From Dehalococcoidia bacterium UBA5760 (GTDB taxonomy: Bacteria > Chloroflexota > Dehalococcoidia > Dehalococcoidales > UBA5760): DNA of 64,000 bases. The position numbers and the translations under genes are program-made. The stretch covers positions 668-64,667 of the forward strand of contig DIFA01000017.1 of NCBI GenBank assembly GCA_002418895.1, read 5' to 3'. Shown here in pieces: positions 11,665 through 20,468 of the stretch. The stretch's first letter is position 1, and every line of letters starts with the position of its first letter. Below the pieces are notes generated by a model that was not told the origin of the DNA, made no database searches, and saw nothing but the letters and a program-made list of their open reading frames with translations.

Positions 11665-12069
11665 ATGGTTCAGATGGAAACACAAGCTTACTTTTACGGA
11701 ACTGGCAGACGTAAAACGGCCACTGCCAGAGTAAGACTGATGCCGGGAGAAGGTGCTATTATCGTGAATAATATGCCCTATGAAGAGCGGTTTACCCGCT
11801 TTGAGCACCGGCGCACCATACAGCAGCCGCTTCTCGTTACAGAAAGCCTCGGTAGATATAACGTTGTGGTTAAGGTAGAAGGGGGTGGCATATCAGGTCA
11901 GGTCGGGGCTATTTCCCACGGTATTGCGAGGGCTTTATCTAAATCCGATGAGAGGCTCAGGTCGGTACTCCGTCAGGGAGGACTGCTGACGCGGGACTCT
12001 CGAGTCAAGGAACGAAAAAAGGTTGGTTTGAAGAGGGCTCGTAAAGCACCTCAGTACACCAAGCGTTAG
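11665..12069 (+). CDS. rpsI: 30S ribosomal protein S9
   Basis: 134 aa. YFYGTGRRKTATARV with C-terminal KARKAPQYTKR. The start could instead be the second ATG at 11674. Confidence 0.95.
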   Translation: MVQMETQAYFYGTGRRKTATARVRLMPGEGAIIVNNMPYEERFTRFEHRRTIQQPLLVTESLGRYNVVVKVEGGGISGQVGAISHGIARALSKSDERLRSVLRQGGLLTRDSRVKERKKVGLKRARKAPQYTKR

Positions 12070-12113
12070 CCTTTGTCAGGGGAAAATAGGTTAGTTTGTT
12101 CTAGCTGATTAGG

Positions 12114-12162
12114 ATGCCGGGATCATAAGTCCGTGTTTATGGCTGTTGATTCCGGCATTTTC
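12114..12162. terminator. candidate bidirectional terminator between convergent rpsI and the GGCT-like gene
   Basis: ATGCCGG (12114-12120) pairs with CCGGCAT (12152-12158). There is an inner CATAA/TTATG stem, followed by a T-run. The internal loop is large. Confidence 0.3.
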
Positions 12163-12171
12163 ACTACCGGA

Positions 12172-12567
12172 CTAGATCAGCCTCCAGTCCTTGTAGCCCT
12201 GCCGGATAATAGCTAGATACTCGGCGGAGGGCTTGCTTTCCTGGGCCTGGCGGTTGTTGATGTAGGTTACTGCTTCGATCGGCTCATTATCCTCGTTATT
12301 CACGATGACGTTTAGCCGTTGATAATCGCTACCCTCGAATTTGTCCAGCCGATTCAAGCACTCCGCGCTGACCTCATAGATGCCGCCTCTGACCTTTTCT
12401 CCCCTGAAAGATCGTATTGTAGCCACTCCCCCCCGCCAAGTCCGGGCCCATCCGGTGAAGACCAGTTGGTAGTGATGAAGGGTGGCGGTGAACCTTGGCC
12501 TGCTCTCCGGGCAGCGTTCTTGCATCTGTTTCCGGTTCAGGTTTGAGGCGTAGGCAAAATAGTACAT
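12172..12567 (-). CDS. gamma-glutamylcyclotransferase / AIG2-like family protein
   Basis: 131 aa. The N-terminus MYYFAYASNLNRKQMQERCP matches the YFAYGSN-type GGCT fold signature. Confidence 0.7.
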   Translation of the reverse strand: MYYFAYASNLNRKQMQERCPESRPRFTATLHHYQLVFTGWARTWRGGVATIRSFRGEKVRGGIYEVSAECLNRLDKFEGSDYQRLNVIVNNEDNEPIEAVTYINNRQAQESKPSAEYLAIIRQGYKDWRLI

Positions 12568-12606
12568 TTATTCACCTGGTAAAGCCTGATTGGTAACCCG
12601 ACTTTT

Positions 12607-13677
12607 CTATTTCCCCCGGGCCAGCTGCTCTTTAAGAAAGTCTATCGCTTTTACCGGTGAAGGGTCAACCTGATAAAGTATTGCCAGGTAGTAGCTGACA
12701 TAATCACCAAAGAGTATCATGCTCATAACCTGGCCCAAGGGGTCGTCCCCATCGCCATCAACAATCTGGTAATCAATCCTTGCTTGTTCTAAGAGCTGGC
12801 AGGTTACCTGGTAGCGGAGCTGTAACCGTTCCGGCAACAGGGGAGAGCGGAGCAGCACTACAAATAGCTTACTGGCCAGTTCCGCGGGAAATTGGTAGCC
12901 GACAATGGCATTGTGGTTCAGTTCCGGAAAGACTTCGTAGAAGGACCAGGCTTTACTGTTCTCATTAAGCTGCGTCTTCCAGCGGCGGGCTACCTCAGAG
13001 GCTATGCCGGCGCCATATACTACCGGCAGGTGTTGATATAGTCTGACTGATAGTTGTTTGGCCGGATTTCTGTCTATTGGTACACTTTCGCTCATTCTTC
13101 GGGATAAGTTCTCCAGAGTAGGTACCGTTTTGACTATCTCCTGTGATTTATCGCTTATTATGTTTAGCTTCTGTAGGAAACAGAGGATTGGTATCAGACT
13201 AAAGGGTAGTGCTGCCCTGGGTTGGGCTTTATAGTCAAAGCTGAAGACGGGGATGTTTCTTCTTTCCGCCATCGTGCTGAGTTTACCTCCGGTGGTGATG
13301 GCTAGTTTTTTAGCTCCTGTCTTAATAGCCTGCTCAAATGCAGACAGGGTCTCCTCGGTGTTCCCTGAGTAGCTGGAGGCAATAAGAAGGGTCCTGTCAT
13401 CAACAAAGCCGGGCAGTTGATAACCCCGGCAGGTCATGATGGGTATCTTAGTCTCGGTTGCTACCAGACTGCTGACTAAATCGCCGCCGATAGCCGAACC
13501 GCCCATACCTAAAATCACTACCTTATCGACGCTGGTATAGTCCGGGGGCAGGTCGAAATCTGTCGCCATTTGCCAGGCTATTTGACATAATGATGGCATC
13601 TTCTTGAGGTGGGCGAGCATATTTTCACGGTCACATTTCTTTAGTGCCAGAGAGTCATCTAAGGTTGCAGCATCCAT
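12607..13677 (-). CDS. bifunctional phosphoglucose/phosphomannose isomerase (SIS domain)
   Basis: 356 aa. SIS-type GMGGSAIGGD and SYSGNTEET motifs. Adjacent to the PMM/PGM gene. Confidence 0.7.
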   Translation of the reverse strand: MDAATLDDSLALKKCDRENMLAHLKKMPSLCQIAWQMATDFDLPPDYTSVDKVVILGMGGSAIGGDLVSSLVATETKIPIMTCRGYQLPGFVDDRTLLIASSYSGNTEETLSAFEQAIKTGAKKLAITTGGKLSTMAERRNIPVFSFDYKAQPRAALPFSLIPILCFLQKLNIISDKSQEIVKTVPTLENLSRRMSESVPIDRNPAKQLSVRLYQHLPVVYGAGIASEVARRWKTQLNENSKAWSFYEVFPELNHNAIVGYQFPAELASKLFVVLLRSPLLPERLQLRYQVTCQLLEQARIDYQIVDGDGDDPLGQVMSMILFGDYVSYYLAILYQVDPSPVKAIDFLKEQLARGK

Positions 13678-13739
13678 TGACCCTACCCCCTATTTCACGG
13701 AATGGAGCAGTCCCTTTGTTTCTGATTTCCCCGGGGTGG

Positions 13740-15167
13740 TTAATCTTTAACCAGTTCCTGGGCTAGCCCGAGTAGTCTTTCTAATCTTTCCTGTGAGTTG
13801 CTTTCCGCGTAGAGCCGGAGCAGCGGTTCGGTGTTGGAAAACCGGATTAAGAGCCAGGAGGTATCAGCCAGCATGAACCGGAAGCCGTCCCTGGTATCCA
13901 GGCTGTCTACCCTGATGTTATCTATCGACTCAGGATTGTAGTTGCTGACCCGTTTGTTGATGGCCTGGCGCTTACTCTCACTGAATTTAACATCAATACG
14001 TCTGTAGTAGTGAGGACCGACCTTGCTGTGCAGATAGTCAATTAGCTCTGAAGGGCTTTTTCCTGTCTTGATCATCAGGTCGAGGAAATAGAGGCCGGCC
14101 AGTATTCCATCCCGCTCTGTAACGTGACCTCTGAAGCCGTAGCCGCCGCTTTCTTCACCACCGATAAGCGCCTGCTCATTTTTCATTATCGGTGCCACAT
14201 ACTTGAATCCTACCGGTGTTTCATAGACCGGTACGTTAAATATTTCTCCCAGGCGATAGGCCATACTGCTCATCGTTAGCGTCTTGACTATCGGCCCTCT
14301 TTCTCCGCGTATCTCAAGCAGATAGAGGCAAAGCAGGGCAAAAACATGTAGAGTACTGATGAAAGCGCCGTTCTCATCGATAATCCCGATGCGGTCGGCA
14401 TCGCCGTCAGTGGCCAGTCCTATGCTGGCCCTTTCCTTTCTGACTGTAGCGGTCAGCCTGCTCAGGTTGGGACCTATTGGCTCCGGTTGCTCTATGCCGG
14501 GAAAAAGGGGGTTCCGTATGCTGTTTATCTCAACAAGTTCGATATTACCGCCGGAGAGGAGTTTTTCAAAATACCCTGCACCGGCTCCGTACATAGGGTC
14601 GATGGCTATCTTTAATCGGGAGCTTCGTATTTCCTCCAGATTGATCAGTCTGGAGAGCTGCCGGCAGTAGATCGGTTCCAGGTCAAGAAGTTCTACTAGC
14701 CCCAGTTCCCGGGCTTGCGACAGTGGCATCTTGTTTATCTTTCCGGTAGCTAGAATACGGGTAATATTGTCCTCTATTCTGGCCGTAACCTGGGATGCAG
14801 CGCTGGAACCGGAATCGTCCTTGAACTTAAAGCCGTTCCATCGTGCCGGGTTGTGACTGGCGGTTATGATAATACCGCCTCCTGCTTCTTGGGAGGTAAT
14901 GCTGAAGCTCACTACCGGGGTTGGAGTGGCTTTGGGGCAGAGGCATACCTTGACTTTATTGCCGGCGACTACCTCGGCAGCGGCGGCGGCGAAGTCTTCG
15001 GAGGCAAAGCGGGTGTCAAAGCCAATAATGATTCCCTGCCGGGCCAGCCCGGTCTCTTTCAGGTAGTCGGCTACCGCCTGGGCACATACCCGTACGTTAT
15101 CGAAGGTGAAGTCCTGGGCAATAATTCCCCGCCAGCCGTCGGTACCGAATTTAATGAGATTGTCTAT
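13740..15167 (-). CDS. phosphomannomutase/phosphoglucomutase (alpha-D-phosphohexomutase family); start codon non-canonical or frameshifted
   Basis: Phosphoserine loop TASHNPARWNG, Mg loop ATDGDADR, sugar loop GGEESGG. The frame stays open upstream of the track's GTG and encodes IKFGTDGWRGIIAQDF... back to a TGA at 15174-15176, with no ATG/GTG/TTG in that stretch. The 5' end given here is the ATA at 15165-15167. Confidence 0.85.
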   Translation of the reverse strand: MDNLIKFGTDGWRGIIAQDFTFDNVRVCAQAVADYLKETGLARQGIIIGFDTRFASEDFAAAAAEVVAGNKVKVCLCPKATPTPVVSFSITSQEAGGGIIITASHNPARWNGFKFKDDSGSSAASQVTARIEDNITRILATGKINKMPLSQARELGLVELLDLEPIYCRQLSRLINLEEIRSSRLKIAIDPMYGAGAGYFEKLLSGGNIELVEINSIRNPLFPGIEQPEPIGPNLSRLTATVRKERASIGLATDGDADRIGIIDENGAFISTLHVFALLCLYLLEIRGERGPIVKTLTMSSMAYRLGEIFNVPVYETPVGFKYVAPIMKNEQALIGGEESGGYGFRGHVTERDGILAGLYFLDLMIKTGKSPSELIDYLHSKVGPHYYRRIDVKFSESKRQAINKRVSNYNPESIDNIRVDSLDTRDGFRFMLADTSWLLIRFSNTEPLLRLYAESNSQERLERLLGLAQELVKD

Positions 15168-15198
15168 TCTGCTTCATCTCCTTTGTTCTTACTCTACA

Positions 15199-16413
15199 CT
15201 ACTTACCCAGTGCTTCTTTTCTCAATATATCCGCTTTGTCTGTCTTTTCCCAGGGAAGGTCCAGGTCGTTCCGCCCGAAGTGTCCGTAGGCGGCAGTCTG
15301 CCGGTATATCGGGCGGCGTAGGTTAAGGTCTCGAATAATTGCTCCCGGTCGGAGGTCGAAATGCTTATTAATCAGGTTGGTGATAACATCATGGTCGACT
15401 TTGGCGGTGCCGAAGGCCTCAATGGATACGGAGAGCGGGTGAGCAACGCCGATAACATAAGCGATCTGTACTTCCAGCCGTTCGGCCAGTCCGGCGGCTA
15501 CGATATTCTTGGCGATATAACGGGCGGCGTAGGCTGCCGAGCGGTCGACCTTGGTCGGGTCTTTACCCGAGAAAGCGCCACCGCCGTGTCGGGCAATACC
15601 GCCGTAGGTGTCGACCAGAATCTTACGGCCGGTAAATCCGGTATCGGAAACCGGTCCGCCTATCACGAACCGTCCGGTAGCATTGATGTAGACTTCCGTT
15701 TCATCATCGATTAATGAGCAAGGAACGATTGCTTTTACTACCTGCTCTTTGATATCCTTCTCTATCTGTTCGCTGCTGACGTTATCGTTGTGCTGAGCGG
15801 CGATAACTACGTTGGTGATACGCTTAGGGGTGCCCTTACTGTATTCGACGGTTACCTGTGACTTGCCATCGGGGCGCAGGTACGGCAAGGTCTTGTCCTT
15901 TCGCACCTGGGCCAGCCTCTGGCACAGCTTGTGTGATAGAGAGATAGGCAGTGGCATAAGCTCCGGGGTTTCGCTACAGGCAAAGCCGACCATCATACCC
16001 TGGTCACCGGCGCCAATCCGCTCGATTTCATCGCTTAGGGCGGCGTCTTTCTTAACTTCTCTCGATTTGCTCACTCCCAGGTCGATATCAGCTGACTGCT
16101 CCTTAATGGATACCAGTACCCCGCAGGAACGGTAGTCAAAACCATAACTGGGGTTAGTGTAGCCGATGTCGTGGACTACCCCTCTGACTACCTGTGGTAC
16201 TTCAACATAGCAGTCGGTGGTAATCTCACCGAGGACGATTACCATTCCGGTGGTCGTTGCTACTTCACAGGCAACCCGGGCGTAGGGGTCTTTTTCCAGA
16301 ATATGGTCCAGAATAGCGTCTGATATCTGGTCACACATCTTGTCCGGGTGTCCTTCGGTTACTGATTCCGAAGTGAGTAGATATTTTGATGCGTTCTTAA
16401 AACTGTTCGTCAT
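15199..16413 (-). CDS. metK: S-adenosylmethionine synthetase
   Basis: 404 aa. [39 protein letters not shown]. Confidence 0.97.
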   Translation of the reverse strand: MTNSFKNASKYLLTSESVTEGHPDKMCDQISDAILDHILEKDPYARVACEVATTTGMVIVLGEITTDCYVEVPQVVRGVVHDIGYTNPSYGFDYRSCGVLVSIKEQSADIDLGVSKSREVKKDAALSDEIERIGAGDQGMMVGFACSETPELMPLPISLSHKLCQRLAQVRKDKTLPYLRPDGKSQVTVEYSKGTPKRITNVVIAAQHNDNVSSEQIEKDIKEQVVKAIVPCSLIDDETEVYINATGRFVIGGPVSDTGFTGRKILVDTYGGIARHGGGAFSGKDPTKVDRSAAYAARYIAKNIVAAGLAERLEVQIAYVIGVAHPLSVSIEAFGTAKVDHDVITNLINKHFDLRPGAIIRDLNLRRPIYRQTAAYGHFGRNDLDLPWEKTDKADILRKEALGK

Positions 16414-16425
16414 TTTTTCTCCTTT

Positions 16426-17691
16426 TTATGTCCCTTCTTTCCAGCTGGCTAAATATTGATCTTGCTCAGGGGTAAGCCTGTCTATTTGAATACCCAGAGA
16501 TTGAAGCTTCAGCCGGGCTATCTCTTTATCTATTGCTTCAGGTACCGGGTAGACCTTCTTCTTAAGACTACCGCTGTTCTCCGCCATATATTTCAGACAG
16601 AGGGCCTGGTTGGCAAAGCTCATGTCCATCACGCTGGCGGGGTGTCCTTCGGCGGCGGCCAGGTTAATCAGTCTCCCTTCTCCCAGTAGACACAAGTGGC
16701 GCCCGTCTTTCAGGGTATATTCATCGATGAAGCCCCGTATACGTTGTTTACTGATAGCGATACTCTCCAGTGCCGGGATGTTTATCTCGACGTTAAAATG
16801 TCCGCTGTTGGCCAGTATGGCGTTGTTCTTCATCACCTCTAGATGGGCTTTATCGATAACATTTTTGTTGCCGGAAATCGTAATGAAGACATTACCGATT
16901 TTTGCTGCCTCTAGCAGGGGCATAACCTGGTAGCCGTCCATGACTGCTTCGAGAGCACGGGTCGGTTCTACTTCACATATAATTACCTGGGCGCCCATCC
17001 CCCTGGCTCTTAGAGCGATGCCACGCCCGCACCAGCCATAACCGCAGACCACCACGTTCTTGCCTGCCCACAGGATGTTGGTGGCACGGGTGATGCCATC
17101 GATAGTGCTCTGCCCGGTGCCGTAGCGGTTATCAAAAAGGTACTTGGTCTTAGCATCATTTACCGCAATGATGGGGTACCGCAGCTCACCCGATTTTTCC
17201 AGACTGCGTAGTCGTATCACGCCGGTGGTAGTCTCTTCAGTGCCACCGATGACATCCCGAATTAGATCGCTCCGTTTGGTATGGAGGGTGGTGACCAGGT
17301 CGGCGCCGTCATCTACGGTGAGATGAGGCTTATTGTCCAGGGCAGTGTTGATATGCTGGTAGTATCTTGTCTCATCTTCACCCTTGATGGCGTTGGTGGG
17401 TATGCCGTAATCGACCAGGGCGGCAGTAACATCGTCCTGGGTACTGAGGGGATTGGAGGCGCAGAGAATAACGTTAGCCCCCCCATCCTTTAGAGTCAGA
17501 GCCAGATTGGCTGTCTCGGAGGTAATATGCAGGCAGGCCGAGATACGGATCCCTTTTAGCGGTTTTTCGGCGGCGAACCGTTCCCTGATCAGCCTTATTA
17601 CCGGCATCTCGCGGGAAGCCCATTCTATCCGCTGTTTACCTGTTTCGGCCAGAGCAGGATCCTTAATATCGTATAGTTTGCCTGGGGTCAT
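16426..17691 (-). CDS. ahcY: adenosylhomocysteinase
   Basis: 421 aa. Contains GTEETTTGV, the NAD-binding motif [10 protein letters not shown], and SGHFNVEI. Confidence 0.95.
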   Translation of the reverse strand: MTPGKLYDIKDPALAETGKQRIEWASREMPVIRLIRERFAAEKPLKGIRISACLHITSETANLALTLKDGGANVILCASNPLSTQDDVTAALVDYGIPTNAIKGEDETRYYQHINTALDNKPHLTVDDGADLVTTLHTKRSDLIRDVIGGTEETTTGVIRLRSLEKSGELRYPIIAVNDAKTKYLFDNRYGTGQSTIDGITRATNILWAGKNVVVCGYGWCGRGIALRARGMGAQVIICEVEPTRALEAVMDGYQVMPLLEAAKIGNVFITISGNKNVIDKAHLEVMKNNAILANSGHFNVEINIPALESIAISKQRIRGFIDEYTLKDGRHLCLLGEGRLINLAAAEGHPASVMDMSFANQALCLKYMAENSGSLKKKVYPVPEAIDKEIARLKLQSLGIQIDRLTPEQDQYLASWKEGT

Positions 17692-17850
17692 CAGTTGCTC
17701 CTTTCAAATCCTCTATCTATCTCTATGAATTGCCTGTCCCGGGCATACCATAATCTGGTGTGATGAGATTCATGGCCGGGCATGTCCGGTATGGCCAGGG
17801 GGTAGAACTTTAATCATTTCGTGTCTGCCGGTACACGACGGTATTAGTGT

Positions 17851-17859
17851 ATTCTAGCA
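17851..17859 (-). promoter_or_regulatory. candidate extended -10 promoter element (TGcTAGAAT) for ahcY-metK
   Basis: The minus strand reads TGCTAGAAT about 160 nt upstream of the ahcY ATG. No good -35. Confidence 0.3.
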
Positions 17860-17938
17860 TATATTACTGGTTCGGCTCCAGTAAGTATCCCGGGTGTTTC
17901 CGGATGGTACCGGCCCGGGCTACTGTGATTGAAGAGAC

Positions 17939-18709
17939 TTAATCCCCTGGGTTAAAATCGTCGAATATTATATCTCGCTTCTTCTTGCCTACAATTGCGC
18001 TGTAGTATAGTTCCTTACCATCTATTGAGAACCTGTGCCGGTATTTTTGCTCGAAACGTACATCGAGGATATCATCGTTAAGCATCCTCTTGACCAGTCG
18101 GGCGAAACCGGTATCGTCCCGGTTGGTTAAGAATTTATCCTTGATGTTAAACGCTATCCAGCCTCGATCCTGAATCAGGTTGAAGGCTTCCACAAAAGCG
18201 CCGGTGGGTATATCGCTAAAACCAAGTGCGGCTACGGTGACGAGGCAGTTGAACCTGAATTCTGTCAGCTTCTTCCGGGTAGCAGGTTCTATCTGGCTCA
18301 TGTCGATAACATGGTATTCATCATAAACACACGGACGGTCTCTACCTGCAGCCTTTCTGGCTTCGGGTAGAATATCAACGCCAATCATCCGCTCGCATTC
18401 CATCTGGCTCAATAAAGCTTCTCCTACCATTCCATTCCCGGCGCCAAAGTCAAGCACCCTGAGACTATCCTCATTTTTGCTTGACTTATTTATCTCATAA
18501 GACAGCATGCTGGGTATTACCTCCCACGACCGAGACTTCAGCATATCACAGAACACCCTTTCGTACAGTCCGGGTATGTCATAAATTTCGGCATAGTCGT
18601 GGAGTCGAAGTCGTCTTTTATTGAAACCGTTATCACTAACCCATAGCCACTCCTCACTTTGTTCCAGGGTGGCTTCTATTTTGGGAAGTGTCAATTCGCA
18701 TCTTTTCAT
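17939..18709 (-). CDS. class I SAM-dependent methyltransferase
   Basis: 256 aa. Motif I is VLDFGAGNGMVGE, followed by an acidic post-I residue (GVDILPEA). Substrate unknown. Confidence 0.7.
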   Translation of the reverse strand: MKRCELTLPKIEATLEQSEEWLWVSDNGFNKRRLRLHDYAEIYDIPGLYERVFCDMLKSRSWEVIPSMLSYEINKSSKNEDSLRVLDFGAGNGMVGEALLSQMECERMIGVDILPEARKAAGRDRPCVYDEYHVIDMSQIEPATRKKLTEFRFNCLVTVAALGFSDIPTGAFVEAFNLIQDRGWIAFNIKDKFLTNRDDTGFARLVKRMLNDDILDVRFEQKYRHRFSIDGKELYYSAIVGKKKRDIIFDDFNPGD

Positions 18710-19168
18710 CTTAGGTATACCTCCTTGAACATGGATACACTACTAAAGGGAGAGGGGTTTATTGCCAGGACGTTTAGTGTCTGGTTAGGGAAATCTGCTG
18801 TTCTGATCTCAGAATACTGCGCTGGCACATTTCCCTGCCTTTTGTCTATAAGCACGGGGAACAGGTTGCAAAACTGATGTCCATAAATACAGGATTAGGG
18901 AATCCCACCGGTCAGTACGAGAATGGGGATATCTTGATAGGTAGACACACAGCGAAATGCTGAATTCGGTGGTCCGTTGGTGATCCGAAGAGAGCGAATG
19001 CTTGAAGCTACCTGGAAGTCGGCTAAGGTCTGCGGGCTATGGTATTGAGTGGTCTGTTGTCACCAAACTTTGGTGGGGATGGACAGATACTCTCCCCCTG
19101 TATATTGTTTTCCGCAACCTCAGAACACTTCTTTGCCTCCTCGTTAGTTCTACTTTATCCCTTGCACC

Positions 19169-19197
19169 CGCTGGAGTCATTATAGTGTGCGGCTACT
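19169..19197 (-). promoter_or_regulatory. near-consensus sigma70-type promoter (TGGACA-N17-TATAAT) with no ORF for about 450 nt downstream
   Basis: On the minus strand, -35 TGGACA is at 19197-19192, the spacer is 17 nt, and -10 TATAAT is at 19174-19169. The next start codon with an RBS is the methyltransferase ATG at 18709. Confidence 0.45.
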
Positions 19198-19297
19198 TTG
19201 TTGTCCAGTGTTATCTTGGTAAGAGTAGTATATTTGGTATTGTCTCAAATAGGACGGAGAATTGAGTTGATGAGCTGAGGTTCCGTCACAGCCTTGT

Positions 19298-20017
19298 TTA
19301 GTGGTTCTGATCTTGAACTCGCTTTGATTTACTGGCCAGTGTCCTAATTATGTCAGTATGTTTGATCAATATCAGCACGGTTGCTGCCAGTACCGGAAAG
19401 AACAGCCCTTGGTCGAGGAAATAGAGTGGTAACAGGGCAATGGCCAGTCCTGAAATTCGACCGATTACCTGACTGCCGATTATAGAAAACACTCCGGAGA
19501 AGCTCTCCCGGCCCATTTTCCCGACCAGTATACGTTGCGCTAAAAAAATGGAGAGGAGCAGGGTGCCGCCCCAGACCAGGATTGACGATGCATTCAAGGC
19601 GATCAGTATCCCCATCAGGGGAGCTATTCCTCTTCCGCCTTGCTTGAACCGAAAGCAGAAGAGGTAATTGTGCCCCAGGATCACAAAGGTGCTGGCTATT
19701 ATCAGTGCCGCCGCCAGGTTATATCCTGGCAGTGCCATCCACCTGACGACATAGATGGCCAGTACACCCTTCCCCAAATCGGTGAGCATGGTTATCCCCA
19801 GTGCCAGTACTGCCTGTTTTCCCGACCGCTCGCTCTTTATCAGGCTGTAGGTGTTCATACTGCCCACGTTGCCGGAACCCTCGAACCTGATGTCTTTACC
19901 GAGCATTCTCCTGGTGACAAAATAGGCGGTGGGAAATGAACCTATCAGGTAGGCGAGAGCTGCAATCAGAGCTAGCCAGGTGTTATTATCGATATCTGCA
20001 GGATTCATGGTTATCAT
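19298..20017 (-). CDS. plsY: glycerol-3-phosphate acyltransferase PlsY family (acyl-phosphate dependent)
   Basis: 239 aa, multi-TM. The N-terminal region has YLIGSFPTAYFVTR and the GSGNVGSMN motif typical of PlsY. Confidence 0.8.
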   Translation of the reverse strand: MITMNPADIDNNTWLALIAALAYLIGSFPTAYFVTRRMLGKDIRFEGSGNVGSMNTYSLIKSERSGKQAVLALGITMLTDLGKGVLAIYVVRWMALPGYNLAAALIIASTFVILGHNYLFCFRFKQGGRGIAPLMGILIALNASSILVWGGTLLLSIFLAQRILVGKMGRESFSGVFSIIGSQVIGRISGLAIALLPLYFLDQGLFFPVLAATVLILIKHTDIIRTLASKSKRVQDQNH

Positions 20018-20228
20018 AACGGCCTCTGGTTTAAACTTTGCCTATCCCCCCGGGTATCGACTGAGGATATTTATGCCTGCCAACATACCCTGGCCTTCCA
20101 GAGCAACTACCCGGGTCGGTCCTCTTTATCAACCGATACCTTTCTGTCAGGACAAGCATAGCAATAAGATGTCCCTGCTGTAAATCCCTTTGCGGGAAAG
20201 ATGACTTTTATGCAGGTTGATTAAGAGT

Positions 20229-20257
20229 ATTGACAGAATGGTATACTCTGAGTACTA
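20229..20257 (+). promoter_or_regulatory. candidate promoter for the KS/DegV transcription unit
   Basis: TTGACA (20229-20234), 17-nt spacer, TACTAT (20252-20257). An alternative extended -10, TGGTATACT, lies at 20238-20246. Confidence 0.4.
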
Positions 20258-20468
20258 TTAATGGTAGACTTTTTCGGTATGGAGAGTCCCTTCCCTATGT
20301 TCTATTGCTGTGGTCGGAGCGGTAAACGTGCAGGTTATTGCGGTAGGGCAGCTTTTCCTTGTCGTGGCGGGGTCTCTACGAATAAGGAATAGATAATTAC
20401 TGTCTAATATATAAATCCATCCTGCCAGTGCCGCTTAATTTATCAGTGTTAAGGAGAGGTAGCTTGAT

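Noticed and set aside
14853-15326. A 157-aa + strand ORF (and 14866-15066, 15106-15321) spanning the PMM/PGM-metK junction.
   Set aside because: It is antisense to a frame that encodes the conserved phosphohexomutase N-terminus (IKFGTDGWRG...) and to the metK 3' end. It has low-complexity composition and no RBS, so it is a shadow ORF.
17865-17885. A T-arm-like CTGG-TTCGGCT-CCAG hairpin, considered as a possible tRNA fragment.
   Set aside because: The loop lacks the conserved A58-equivalent. No acceptor, D or anticodon arms can be built from the flanking sequence.
18880-19260. Tested this gene-free region by eye for RNase P RNA, tmRNA, SRP RNA, a cobalamin riboswitch and group II intron signatures.
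   Set aside because: None of these is present: the GGAAAGUCCGG / ACAGAA-CCGGCUUA P4 elements, a tmRNA 3' tRNA-like end, the SRP GGAA/AGCA loop context, a B12 box, or a GUGYG...domain V pattern. GGAAGUCGGCU at about 19005 is only a superficial resemblance. The region is kept as an unclassified candidate in the findings.
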